Source of the DNA: Candidatus Kuenenia stuttgartensis
GTDB taxonomy: Bacteria > Pseudomonadota > Alphaproteobacteria > SMXS01
NCBI GenBank assembly: GCA_943329845.2
Contig: CALQFM020000014.1
Coordinates: 1,509-65,508 of the forward strand
Direction: 5' to 3'
DNA: 64,000 nucleotides
Shown here: piece after piece, positions 10,936 through 20,513 of the stretch
Layout of the letters: every line of letters starts with the position of its first letter
How positions within the stretch are numbered: the stretch's first letter is position 1
The notes under the pieces: generated by a model
What the model was told of the DNA's origin: nothing
The model's database searches: none
What the model saw: only the letters and a program-made list of their open reading frames with translations
Translations under genes and position numbers: made by a program

Positions 10936-12180
10936 ATGAACAAGCCAGAGCAGTTCAGCCTGCTGGACCCTGCCGTGCAGCAGTGTCCTTTCGACTATTA
11001 CAGGGTGCTCCGCGAGGAAGCGCCGGTCTACCTGATGCCGGAAACCGGCATGTATATCGTCACGTCCTATGACCTGCTCATGGAGGTAATGAAGAACAAC
11101 AAGGTGTATTCCAATCTCGCCCCCGCCGGCCGCCGCGCCGGCCTGTACTGCGAGGAAGCCGAGCGGATCATCGACGAGAAGGGCTATGGCCGGTTCATGC
11201 CGACCATCGTCAACAACGACCAGCCCGGCCATACGGTCTATCGCGGTCTGGTCAACGACGCCTTCCGCGCTGGCCGGATTCGCCAGATGGAAGCCTACAT
11301 CACCGAGGTGGTGGCCGGCCTGGTCGAGAAGTTCGCCGGCCAGGGGGAATGCGACGCCGTCGCCGACCTGGCCGTACCGGTGCCGATGTATGTGATCGCC
11401 GACCAGCTCGGCGTCCCGCGCGAGGACTTCCAGAAGTTCAAGGAATGGTCCGACGCCTGGGTCATCGGCCTCGGTATGAAGGTGCCGGACGCGGTGCTGA
11501 TCGACGCCGCCGAAAAGGTGGTCGAGATGCAGCACTACATGATCGCCCGCATGGCCGAGCGCCGGATCGAGCCGCGCGACGACATCATGAGCGACCTCGT
11601 CCAGGCCACCTACAATGGCGAGCGGCCGCTTCAGGACAAGGAAGTGTTGTCCATCGTCGAACAGATCCTCGTGGCCGGCAACGAGACCACCACCAACGGC
11701 ATCGCCAACGGCCTGCAGCAGCTTGCCGAGGACCAGGAACTGCAGGCGCGGCTGCGCGCCAACCCGGACCTGCTGCCCAAATTCGTCGAGGAAATCCTGC
11801 GGGTCGAGTCGCCGGTGCAGGGCCTGTTCCGCTATGTGCTGGAGGATACCGAGCTGGGCGGCGTGCGCATCCCGAAGGGCGCGACGGTGATGATCCGCTA
11901 CGCCGCCGGCAACCGGGACGAGGCCAAGTTCGACCACCCCGAGGAGTTCGACCTGGACCGCAAGAACAACGGTGCGCACATCGCGTTCGGCTCGGGCATC
12001 CATCATTGCGTCGGCTCGCAGCTTGCCCGCGCGGAGATGCTGGTCAGCTTTCGCGCTTTCCTGGACCGGTTCAGCCGCTTCGAACTGGCGGTGGCTGCCG
12101 GCGAAATCCACTACCACCCCAGCTTCGCGCTGCGGGGGCCCACCAAACTGCCGCTTCGGCTGATGCCGAAGGCTGGCTGA
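10936..12180 (+). CDS. Cytochrome P450 (3)
   Basis: AGNETT, EEILR and [10 protein letters not shown] motifs. Confidence 0.95.
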   Translation: MNKPEQFSLLDPAVQQCPFDYYRVLREEAPVYLMPETGMYIVTSYDLLMEVMKNNKVYSNLAPAGRRAGLYCEEAERIIDEKGYGRFMPTIVNNDQPGHTVYRGLVNDAFRAGRIRQMEAYITEVVAGLVEKFAGQGECDAVADLAVPVPMYVIADQLGVPREDFQKFKEWSDAWVIGLGMKVPDAVLIDAAEKVVEMQHYMIARMAERRIEPRDDIMSDLVQATYNGERPLQDKEVLSIVEQILVAGNETTTNGIANGLQQLAEDQELQARLRANPDLLPKFVEEILRVESPVQGLFRYVLEDTELGGVRIPKGATVMIRYAAGNRDEAKFDHPEEFDLDRKNNGAHIAFGSGIHHCVGSQLARAEMLVSFRAFLDRFSRFELAVAAGEIHYHPSFALRGPTKLPLRLMPKAG

Positions 12181-12240
12181 AACTGACGAATCCGTGTAAA
12201 AGATGCACCAGCGCATAAAACGCCCAGCGAGGAGACCAGT

Positions 12241-13518
12241 ATGCTGACGGAACAGCAGATCCACGAGATCCGCCAACAGATCGACTTCGAGTTCAAACGA
12301 AAGGGCGCTCCGGCGGGCTTCCCGAAGTTCCCCGACCTGCCGGCGGGGCGCTACAACGATCCGGAGTTCTTCGAACTGGAGAACACGCATTACTGGAGCA
12401 AGGTGTGGATGCTGGCCGGCCACCTGGACGAAATCCCCAATGCCGGCGACTACAAGCTTTGGGACATGGCGCGCCAGCCTGTCGTGATCGTGCACGGCAA
12501 GGATGGCGAGGTCCGCGCCTTCTACAACACCTGCCGTCACCGCGGTGCGCCGGTGGTGACCGAGCAATTCGGCAACGCACCGCATGGCCTGGTCTGCGGC
12601 TATCACGGCTGGGTGTACGACCATGACGGATCGCTCATGAGCATCCGTGACAAGCGCGACTTCGTCGATTTCGACTTCGAATGCCGCAGCTTGTATCCGA
12701 TCCGCACCGAGCGTTACGGCAAGCTGATCTTCGTCAATTTCGATCAGGAAGCCGTGTCGCTGAAGGAATATCTGGGGCCCATCGCCGACGAGTGGAAGGA
12801 ATTCCAGTTCGACAAGCTGCGCCTGGTCGACCGCTATGTGTGGGACCTCAACTGCAACTGGAAGATCGCCATGGAAGCCAACATGGAGGTCTATCACGTC
12901 AAGTCGATCCACCCGCAGACGGTGGATCCCAGCCTGGATTATCGCGGCAACGTCAACACGCTGTATGACGGCGGCCACTCCCGCATGGTGGCGCCGGGCC
13001 GGGAGGGCCGCAACCGCGCGGCCTATGTGAAGGCCAATGAGCACCTGCCGCAGATCGACACCGTGGGCGAGATCGGCCGGACCTGCACCCAGTCCTATCA
13101 TGTCGAGCCCAACTGGGTGTCGCCGCTGGGGCCCATGCTGTTCCCGGTTTTGAACTTCTGGCCGGTCAACATGCGCGAGACCAAGTACGAGATCTGGTGG
13201 TTCGGCGCCGATTGGGGCGATGGCCCGGTCCCGGCCGAGTGGCGCCAGCAGATCGAGGGGTTCAACGTCGTGATCACCGAGGACACCCAGTTCGGCGACT
13301 GGATCCAGAAGTCGGTGGACAGCTACGCGTTCAAGGGCGTGCCCCTGTGCTATCAGGAAGCGCGCATCTACCACGCGCACCAGAACATGGACCATGTGAT
13401 CGGCGTGAACAAGATTCCCGCCCATCTGCGCGCCGAGCCGGTGATCGGCGATGAATGGATCCACCCCAACGACACAAACGAGCGCCTTCGCCAGCATCAG
13501 GCGATGGCGGCCGAGTAA
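12241..13518 (+). CDS. Rieske non-heme iron oxygenase alpha subunit
   Basis: Rieske CRHRG...CGYHGW; NWK...EVYHVKSIH mononuclear iron histidines; C-terminal ED. Confidence 0.93.
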   Translation: MLTEQQIHEIRQQIDFEFKRKGAPAGFPKFPDLPAGRYNDPEFFELENTHYWSKVWMLAGHLDEIPNAGDYKLWDMARQPVVIVHGKDGEVRAFYNTCRHRGAPVVTEQFGNAPHGLVCGYHGWVYDHDGSLMSIRDKRDFVDFDFECRSLYPIRTERYGKLIFVNFDQEAVSLKEYLGPIADEWKEFQFDKLRLVDRYVWDLNCNWKIAMEANMEVYHVKSIHPQTVDPSLDYRGNVNTLYDGGHSRMVAPGREGRNRAAYVKANEHLPQIDTVGEIGRTCTQSYHVEPNWVSPLGPMLFPVLNFWPVNMRETKYEIWWFGADWGDGPVPAEWRQQIEGFNVVITEDTQFGDWIQKSVDSYAFKGVPLCYQEARIYHAHQNMDHVIGVNKIPAHLRAEPVIGDEWIHPNDTNERLRQHQAMAAE

Positions 13519-13538
13519 GTCGCCGGGTTAAGCTTCGG

Positions 13539-13566
13539 ACGGGCGGCGGAGCGATCCGCCGCCCGT
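13539..13566 (+). other. 12-bp GC-rich hairpin with GCGA tetraloop and no U-tract (possible mRNA stabiliser/attenuator)
   Basis: ACGGGCGGCGGA-GCGA-TCCGCCGCCCGT between the Rieske and VOC genes. Confidence 0.45.
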
Positions 13567-13594
13567 ACTCATGTCTGAACGGGGAGAAAAAACC

Positions 13595-14134
13595 ATGAGC
13601 CTGATCCGCTATCCGATCCAGCAATATGCCTATGTGGTCGACGACATCGAAGCGGCGTGCATGCGCTGGGTCGATCTGGTCGGTGCCGGGCCGTTCTTCC
13701 TGATGCCGCACCACAAGTCGCGCGACACCGTCTATCGCGGCAAGCCTTGCGACGTGGACGTGTCCTACGCCTTCGGCCAGGCGGGGCCGGCGCACATCCA
13801 ACTGATCCAGGTCCATAACGACGAGCCGTCCTGCTACGGCGACATGTACAAGAAGGGCGAGCAGGGCTTCCACCACTTCGCCATCCTCGTTCCCGATATC
13901 GACGAGGAGAAGCGGCGCTTCGAGAAGGCCGGTTGCGAAACGGTGACCGAGCTGTTCTCGTCGGCGCGCGTCGCCTACATGGATGCCCGGCACCTGTTCG
14001 GCTGCTTCGTCGAGCTCTACCAGGACAACCCGCAGGTCCGCGGTTCATTCCAGGAATGGAAAGACCTGCACGATGCCTGGGACGGCAAGACCGACCCGAT
14101 CCGCGTCCGCCACTGGACCCCGCCAACGGAGTAG
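13595..14134 (+). CDS. VOC/glyoxalase-family protein
   Basis: QQYAYVVDDIE...HIQLIQ...GFHHFAIL...FVELYQ metal-site pattern. Confidence 0.8.
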   Translation: MSLIRYPIQQYAYVVDDIEAACMRWVDLVGAGPFFLMPHHKSRDTVYRGKPCDVDVSYAFGQAGPAHIQLIQVHNDEPSCYGDMYKKGEQGFHHFAILVPDIDEEKRRFEKAGCETVTELFSSARVAYMDARHLFGCFVELYQDNPQVRGSFQEWKDLHDAWDGKTDPIRVRHWTPPTE

Positions 14135-14244
14135 CAGCCGCTACACCACCGGCGCGATCAGGCCGGCGGCAAGGTTAAGGCTTTTTTCCGTCGCCGCATC
14201 CCGGCACTATCTCGACCACGTAGCAAACTCGAGACGGGGGATCG

Positions 14245-15468
14245 ATGACTGAAGCCAGGCGCGGGCCGCTCGACGGCATCCGGGTTATCGACATGTCGAC
14301 CGTGCTGCTCGGTCCCTATGCGGGACAGATCATGGGCGATCTGGGCGCCGACGTGATCCGGGTCGAATCGCCGAAGGCCGACATGACACGCTGGGCGGGA
14401 CCATCGGCTCATCCCGGCTTCTCGCCCATCTTCATGAACTGCAACCGCAACAAGCGGTCGCTGTGCCTCGACCTGAAGAAGGACGGGGCAAAGGAGGCGC
14501 TGGTCGAACTGGTCAGGACCGCAGACGTGTTCCTTCACAACGTCCGGCTGGAGGCCATCGAGCGCCTCGGCCTGGGCTATGAGGCGGTCCGTGCCATCCG
14601 GCCTGACATCGTCTATGTCCACTGCGTCGGCTATGGCAGCGAGGGCGCCTATGCGGGGCGTCCGGCCTATGACGACCTGGTTCAGGCGGCGTCCAGCGCG
14701 GTCAGCCTCAACCGCCTGATCGATCCGGACGAGGAGCCGCGCTACATCGCCACGCTCGCCGCCGACAAGACCACCGGACTGCATGCCGCCTACGCGACGT
14801 TTGCCGCCCTGTTCCACCGGGAACGGACGGGCGAGGGCCAGTTCGTCGAGGTGCCCATGCTGGAAAGCTTCGCATCGTTCCTGATGATCGAGCACATGAG
14901 CGGCCACACCTGGGAGCCGCCGCAGGGCGACTACGGCTACCACCGCATCATCAACATCAACCGCAAGCCGTACCGGACGAAGGACGGCTATATCTGTATC
15001 ATGCCCTATTCGACCGACCAGTGGCGCCAGGCGCTGCGCATGGGCGGCATCCCGATCACCGATGACGACCCGCGGCTGCAGACCATGGGCGGCCTCGCCC
15101 GGCATTTCCGCGAGCTCTACGGCCTGCTGTGCGAGGTCACGGTGACCCGGACCAGCGACGAGTGGATGACCCTGCTGACCGATCATGACATCCCGGTGAT
15201 GCGGGTGAACCGGGTCGAGGATCTGAAGACCGAGGAGCACCTGTCGAGCGTCGACTTCTTCGAGCAGCGCACGCATCCCACCGAAGGCGTGTACCGCTCC
15301 ATGCGCCAGCCGGTCAAGTTCGCGCAAACGCCCGCGTCGGTCCGCCGCGACCCGCCGGGTCTGGGCGAGCATAACCGGGAGGTACTGCTGGAGGCGGGGC
15401 TGAGCGCCGAGACCGTCAGCGCGCTGGAAGCATCAGGCGCGCTGCACAGCCGGTTGCCGAAGGATTAG
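14245..15468 (+). CDS. Family III CoA-transferase (CaiB/BaiF)
   Basis: GPLDGIRVIDMS, LGDLGADVIRVE, NRNKRSLCLDLK and PAYDDLVQA motifs. Confidence 0.93.
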   Translation: MTEARRGPLDGIRVIDMSTVLLGPYAGQIMGDLGADVIRVESPKADMTRWAGPSAHPGFSPIFMNCNRNKRSLCLDLKKDGAKEALVELVRTADVFLHNVRLEAIERLGLGYEAVRAIRPDIVYVHCVGYGSEGAYAGRPAYDDLVQAASSAVSLNRLIDPDEEPRYIATLAADKTTGLHAAYATFAALFHRERTGEGQFVEVPMLESFASFLMIEHMSGHTWEPPQGDYGYHRIININRKPYRTKDGYICIMPYSTDQWRQALRMGGIPITDDDPRLQTMGGLARHFRELYGLLCEVTVTRTSDEWMTLLTDHDIPVMRVNRVEDLKTEEHLSSVDFFEQRTHPTEGVYRSMRQPVKFAQTPASVRRDPPGLGEHNREVLLEAGLSAETVSALEASGALHSRLPKD

Positions 15469-16139
15469 GAGTCCCAGACCACCCGGTTCTCGTCGACGAA
15501 CATGGCGCGAGTCGCGGTGCGGTCGATGAAGTTCTCGACGGTGCGGTCGGCGGCCGCGGCGGCATCCTGCTCCTGGGCGGCGTTGTCGGCCCACCACAGC
15601 TCCTCGACGCCGTCGAAGAGCGGCTCGGTGCCCGCATAGGCCTCGCCGACGACCGGCGACTTCACCCAGCGCTGCAGCTTGTCGCCGCCGCTGAACACGG
15701 GCTTGTCGCGCGCCAGCCAGAATTCGAGGAACGCGATGTGGCTTACCTTGGGGTTCCGCTTCAGGAAGAACAGCACCTTCACCGGCCGGGCGTCCCTGGC
15801 CAGCGCGGGCCCCTCGATCATCACCTTCTCGTGGACCAGCACGCCTTCCGAGCGCACCCGCATGAAGGCCGGCTCGTCGATGAAGGCGCCGGTCATGTAT
15901 TCGGGCATGGTGGTCAGGCGGCGCGCCGACTCCAGCGAGTCGAGCCATACTTCAGGGCAGCCGTCCGACGGCGGCTGGAAGCCTGGAAACGGTTTGGGCG
16001 CCCGGTGATTCTGCACGTAGCGCCGCATCACCGGCACCAGCTTCACCGCGTGGTCGGCATGCGGGCCGCGCCAGTGGGCGTGGAACTGCTCCTGGGTGAT
16101 GTCGCCGCGCTTGTGCAGCATGCCGAAGCTCTTGATCAT
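15465..16139 (-). CDS. Tandem EthD-domain protein
   Basis: Two repeats of the pattern K-R---F-x-x-W...DG-x-x-E-(V/L)-W (FHAHWRGPHA...DGCPEVW; FLEFW...DGVEELW). Confidence 0.8.
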   Translation of the reverse strand: MIKSFGMLHKRGDITQEQFHAHWRGPHADHAVKLVPVMRRYVQNHRAPKPFPGFQPPSDGCPEVWLDSLESARRLTTMPEYMTGAFIDEPAFMRVRSEGVLVHEKVMIEGPALARDARPVKVLFFLKRNPKVSHIAFLEFWLARDKPVFSGGDKLQRWVKSPVVGEAYAGTEPLFDGVEELWWADNAAQEQDAAAAADRTVENFIDRTATRAMFVDENRVVWDS

Positions 16140-16278
16140 CGTCGTCGTTCCCTGTTTCCCGCGTCCTTTCGGACGCATTTCGCCGAACTGTAACAGGCAC
16201 CTTCCCGCACGCAACGCGCTTTCGGCTTGGCAATCCGGAAACCTCCCGTCAATCTTGTTACCGGGGAGAAATATCGGC

Positions 16279-17655
16279 ATGACCAAGACAGCGGACGGCG
16301 CACCCTCGACGCGGGTGCTGAGCAGGCGAAGCATCTTCTTTTATGGTCTGACCGACCTGCCGATGATGATGGCGCTCATACCGATGAGCGTCTTCCTGCC
16401 GCCCTACTACACGGGTATCGCCGGTCTTGACTTGGCGATGGTGGCGAATGTGCTGCTGATTACCAGGCTGATCGATCTGTTCATCGATCCGGTTATCGGT
16501 CGTCTCAGCGACATGAGCCGCTCGCGTTGGGGCCGCCGACGGCCATGGATGCTCGCTTCAGCGCCGGTCATGACCTTGTCGTTCTACATGCTGTTCTTGC
16601 CGCCGCCCGGTGCCACCATTTGGTATCTGGCCTTCTGGATCCAGATGATGTGGATTGGCTGGTCCATGCTCAAGATTCCTTACTACGCCTGGGCCGCTGA
16701 ACTCACGCCCGACTTCCACGAACGATCAACCGTGACGGGCTGGCGCTCCATGGCCGGCGTCATCGGCCAGTTGATGGCGCAGGTGATTCCGGTGGTCGCA
16801 CTATTCTTTTTCGCTTACGGCGGGACCAAGGAGGTGCTGAACATGGTGGGCATTGTGGTGGTCGTCCTTTTGCCCCTTTGTGTCCTGCTGACGGTGACCC
16901 AGGTCGACGAGCGCCGAAACTATGTGCAGTCGGTGGTGCCCTTTGTCGCGGGGCTCAAGCTGATGTGGGCCAACCAGCCGTTCCGCCAACTCGTAGCGGC
17001 GTTCCTGCTCAGCTTCATCGCCCTCGGCCTCGTGACCACACTGTTTCTCTACTACGTCGTGCATGTCACCGGCGAGCCGAAGCGCGGCGTCTACCTGTTG
17101 ATGCTGTTCTATGTCTTCAACCTGATTGCCGTGCCGTTCTGGGTTGCCCTATCCCGGCGGATCGGCAAGCACAAGGCGTGGATCGGCAGCTTCGTTCTCA
17201 TCGCCGTTGTCGAGCCGCTATACATGTTGCACGGGCAGGGCGATTTCTGGTGGATGGCGCCGGTCATGTCGATCACCGGCTTTGCAGCTGGCGGCTTCGC
17301 TGCCCTGCCCAACTCCATGAAGGCCGATGTGATCGATCTCGATGCCGTCAACAGCGGCGAGGACCGGGCGGCGCTATTCGTCTCGGTCTGGTCGGTAATG
17401 GAGAAGGGCGCTTCGTCGCTGGCCGGTTATATTGCCCTGATGGGCCTTTACTTCGTTGGATTTGATCCAAAGATCACCACCAACGGCCCTCACGAGATCG
17501 AGGGGCTGAAGATGCTGTTCGCGCTGGCGCCGCCGCTGTTTTTTCTCGCCGCAGGGGCGGTCGTGTGGCGCTATCCGCTCGACGAGCGCAATCACGCCAA
17601 GGTTAGGGCCGAGCTGGCCGAGCGGCGTGCCGCGACGCCCGCCCTGGCCGAATAG
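16279..17655 (+). CDS. GPH (MelB-like) MFS transporter
   Basis: DPVIGRLSDMSRSRWGRRRPW, PYYAWAAELT...ERS and ADVID motifs. Confidence 0.88.
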   Translation: MTKTADGAPSTRVLSRRSIFFYGLTDLPMMMALIPMSVFLPPYYTGIAGLDLAMVANVLLITRLIDLFIDPVIGRLSDMSRSRWGRRRPWMLASAPVMTLSFYMLFLPPPGATIWYLAFWIQMMWIGWSMLKIPYYAWAAELTPDFHERSTVTGWRSMAGVIGQLMAQVIPVVALFFFAYGGTKEVLNMVGIVVVVLLPLCVLLTVTQVDERRNYVQSVVPFVAGLKLMWANQPFRQLVAAFLLSFIALGLVTTLFLYYVVHVTGEPKRGVYLLMLFYVFNLIAVPFWVALSRRIGKHKAWIGSFVLIAVVEPLYMLHGQGDFWWMAPVMSITGFAAGGFAALPNSMKADVIDLDAVNSGEDRAALFVSVWSVMEKGASSLAGYIALMGLYFVGFDPKITTNGPHEIEGLKMLFALAPPLFFLAAGAVVWRYPLDERNHAKVRAELAERRAATPALAE

Positions 17656-17656
17656 C

Positions 17657-18433
17657 TCAGGGCACGATGCCTTCCATCGAGGTGACCGTGTTGTCGACGA
17701 TCATCTCGGCGCCGTTGGTGTATTTGCTTTCGTCGGACGCCAGGTAGAGCACCATGTAGCCGATGTCGTCGGGCTGGCCCGGCGTGGTGCCGCGCACCGA
17801 CGGCTTGTTGCGCGGGTCCCTGGCGATGGCTTCGGCGACCTGCTTGCCGACGGCCTGGGTCATCGGCGTGACGATGCCGCCCGGATGCACCGAGTTGACC
17901 CGGATCTTGTCGCCGTTCTGGGCGCAGTGGACGGCGGCCGCCTTGCTCATCAGCCGGATTGCGCCCTTGGCCGCGGCGTAGGCGAATACATAGGGCACGC
18001 CGACGATGCCGGCGATCGAGGACATGTTGATGATCGAGCACGGCTCGCCGCTCTCGCGCATCAGCGGGATGGCGTGCTTCATGCCGTAGAACGTCGCGTC
18101 GGTGCTGACCGCGTTGACCGCGCGCCACTGTTCCTCGGTGCAGGTCTCCACGGTCCCCGGGATGACGATGCCGGCGTTGTTCACCAGCACGTTCAGCTTG
18201 CCGTATTTGTCCTTCACATGGGCCAGGAAGGTGAGCCAGTTGGCCTCCTTCGTGACGTCCAGGTGGTAATATTCGGCGCCGATCTCGGCGGCCAGCGCCT
18301 GGCCCCTCTCATCGGCGATATCGGCGATGATCACCTTGCCGCCCTCGCGCGCCAGCAGCCGGCTGTCCGACTCGCCCAGCCCCATCGCGCCGCCGGTAAC
18401 GACGCAGACCTTGCCCTCGACCCGTCCTGCCAT
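17657..18433 (-). CDS. Short-chain dehydrogenase/reductase
   Basis: TGGAMGLG, NNAG, SS and YAAAK motifs. Confidence 0.93.
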   Translation of the reverse strand: MAGRVEGKVCVVTGGAMGLGESDSRLLAREGGKVIIADIADERGQALAAEIGAEYYHLDVTKEANWLTFLAHVKDKYGKLNVLVNNAGIVIPGTVETCTEEQWRAVNAVSTDATFYGMKHAIPLMRESGEPCSIINMSSIAGIVGVPYVFAYAAAKGAIRLMSKAAAVHCAQNGDKIRVNSVHPGGIVTPMTQAVGKQVAEAIARDPRNKPSVRGTTPGQPDDIGYMVLYLASDESKYTNGAEMIVDNTVTSMEGIVP

Positions 18434-18441
18434 GTGTTCTC

Positions 18442-18990
18442 CTATGCTCCCGGATTCCGCGGATCCCAGAGCCGCGTTTCATAGTCACTTTCGTATGCCT
18501 TGCCGCGCGGATAGCTGATCAACTCCATCTGGAAATCCCAGGGCGTCAGGAAATAGCACGACCGCGCGCCCGCCTCGGGGCCGCTGGCGATCTCTGGACC
18601 CGGATCGCCGCCCTTCATCACCCGCACGCCATGGGCCTTCAGGTGCTCGACGGCGGCGTCGATGTCGTCCACATAGATGGCGATGTGGTGCCCGCCCCAG
18701 TCGGTGTTCCTGGGCATCTGCCGCTTCTGGTCGGGCGAGGCGTACTCGAACAGCTCGATGTTCAGGCCGGCGCCGCCGCACAGCTGCTGCACCCGCCGGA
18801 TCTCGGCGTCCGGGTGCACGTTCAGCGTGCTCTCCATCCAGTCGCCCTTGTAGGGACCGTGCCGGTAGAACGGCTCGAAGCCCATCACGTTGACGAAGAA
18901 ATCGTAGGCCTGGTCGAAGTCCGGCACGGTCAGGCCGATATGCTCGACGCCGCGCAGTCCTGGCATGCCTTTGCGTTCGCTCATGGTCAT
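18442..18990 (-). CDS. VOC/glyoxalase-family protein
   Basis: EHIGLTVPD, NIELFEY, HHIAIYVDD and QMELISY motifs. Confidence 0.85.
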   Translation of the reverse strand: MTMSERKGMPGLRGVEHIGLTVPDFDQAYDFFVNVMGFEPFYRHGPYKGDWMESTLNVHPDAEIRRVQQLCGGAGLNIELFEYASPDQKRQMPRNTDWGGHHIAIYVDDIDAAVEHLKAHGVRVMKGGDPGPEIASGPEAGARSCYFLTPWDFQMELISYPRGKAYESDYETRLWDPRNPGA

Positions 18991-19187
18991 CTCCCCGATG
19001 AGCCGCCATTCAAGCCCGGACGGGCGGTGTTTGGCAATGCGGAAGATGTCCGGCGGTGATCCTTGCCGCGCTCATTTATCCTTCGGAGCATTCGCGAGCA
19101 ACGCGAAGCGACCCAGCCGAGCCGTTGACGGCTATGCGGCGGCTTGAAGAACACAATGGGTCATCTCGGCTGCTTCCTTGTGCTCTC

Positions 19188-19595
19188 CTATGTGTGGTCC
19201 CAATTCTCGGTACGCAGTGGATCGGGGACCCGCGAGAACGCCTTGTCGTTCGTGACCAATATGGCATCAGCGGCGATCGCCTGGGCGGCGATCATCATGT
19301 CGAGCGGTGCAAGCGGGACGCCCTTGGCCTCGCATGCTGCGCGGAGGTCGGCGTAGGTCTGCGTGACCTCATGATCCCAAGGCAGGATGTCGACCCGAAG
19401 CAGGAATTGGCGGACGCGCTCGGTCAGCAGGGCCGGATAGTTTCGTCGGGCGAGGCCATAGAGCAGTTCGCCTTCTGTCACCGCCGAGATAGCGATCTCC
19501 TCGACAGGAATCGACGCCAGCCGCTGGCTGATCTGTGGCCTGTCTCCGCGAATGACGTGACTAGCGATATTGGTATCGAGCAGATAGCCGTTCAT
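19188..19595 (-). CDS. vapC: VapC PIN-domain toxin
   Basis: [19 protein letters not shown] and LVTND acidic PIN residues. Confidence 0.92.
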   Translation of the reverse strand: MNGYLLDTNIASHVIRGDRPQISQRLASIPVEEIAISAVTEGELLYGLARRNYPALLTERVRQFLLRVDILPWDHEVTQTYADLRAACEAKGVPLAPLDMMIAAQAIAADAILVTNDKAFSRVPDPLRTENWDHT

Positions 19596-19855
19596 TCCTT
19601 CCAGCCCTCGAACGGATCGCGGTCCTGGGCCGTCTGATCGCGATCGGCTGGTCCCATGTAGTCGTCAGGCACGCCAGCCTTGTCGTAGAGCGCGAACAGG
19701 CCGTCCCATGAATCGGGCTTGCTGGAGAGGATCACGTCGCCTGTCTTGGGATCGCGGCGTACGAAAACCTCATCTCCCTCGAAGCGGAATTCCATGGGGA
19801 GCCTCACAGCTTGGCTACGGCCGGTCATGAAGAGCTTGGCGGTTCGATGTCTCAT
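19592..19855 (-). CDS. vapB: VapB/VagC antitoxin (AbrB/SpoVT-like)
   Basis: [15 protein letters not shown]; 4-bp overlap with vapC. Confidence 0.92.
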   Translation of the reverse strand: MRHRTAKLFMTGRSQAVRLPMEFRFEGDEVFVRRDPKTGDVILSSKPDSWDGLFALYDKAGVPDDYMGPADRDQTAQDRDPFEGWKE

Positions 19856-19866
19856 GATAGCCTCCT

Positions 19867-19910
19867 GGTAACTATCACGATATATATCATGCATTCGCGA
19901 TAGCTATCAA
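19867..19910 (-). promoter_or_regulatory. vapBC promoter with GATA-N2-TATC operator palindromes
   Basis: GATATATATC (19879-19888), GATAGCTATC (19899-19908) and degenerate GGTAACTATC (19867-19876). They overlap the minus-strand TTGATA and TA-rich -10. Confidence 0.6.
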
Positions 19911-19933
19911 GATCAGTATCGGCGGCGCACTGG

Positions 19934-20509
19934 CTACCGGACCTCGGTCACCGCCTCATGGCCCAGCTCGACCAGCCGCAACGTACCGCCGTCGTTCTCC
20001 ACGATGGTGATCGAGCAATTGTCCGGCCGGAACGCCACGATCCGGTCGTCGCCCAGCAGATGGCCGGCGACGACGTTGATGGCGATGAAGTGCGATGTGA
20101 ACACCGTGTCCTCGCGTGCCTCCCTGACCGCGTCGATCACACCCTGGCGCCAGGCCTGCAGGTCATGCCCCCCGGCGCTCTGGGCGACCGGATCGCTCCA
20201 CGTGCCCGCCATCACGCCCGACAGCCATTCCCTGCGCGCCTCCAGATCCTCGCTCGGCGAGGGGATTTCGGAAATCCGCGGCTCGATGCGCGCGGCGCCC
20301 TTCCACTGGGCGGCGAAGGGCTTCGCGGTCTCCTGCGTCCGCCGCATGGGACTGGAGACGATGGGTAGCGGCCCCAGCTGCTCCAGCTTGTCGGCGGCCT
20401 CGCTGGCCTGCTCCCAGCCGAGCTCGCTCAGGCCCGGGTCCATGTCCTGGTCCCAGCCGCCGGTGGCCTGTCCGTGACGGATCAGATAGAGGCGGATCGG
20501 CTTGCTCAT
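19934..20509 (-). CDS. Histidine phosphatase (phosphoglycerate mutase) family protein
   Basis: LYLIRHGQA, SSPMRRTQET, EI and SH motifs. Confidence 0.9.
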   Translation of the reverse strand: MSKPIRLYLIRHGQATGGWDQDMDPGLSELGWEQASEAADKLEQLGPLPIVSSPMRRTQETAKPFAAQWKGAARIEPRISEIPSPSEDLEARREWLSGVMAGTWSDPVAQSAGGHDLQAWRQGVIDAVREAREDTVFTSHFIAINVVAGHLLGDDRIVAFRPDNCSITIVENDGGTLRLVELGHEAVTEVR

Positions 20510-20513
20510 GGAG

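Noticed and set aside
10933-13497. Very long opposite-strand or alternative-frame ORFs (also 32025-34808, 32261-34858, 42330-45095, 536-1900, 1984-3522)
   Set aside because: They are shadows of real high-GC genes, with no recognisable motifs and Arg/Gly/Ala-rich composition.
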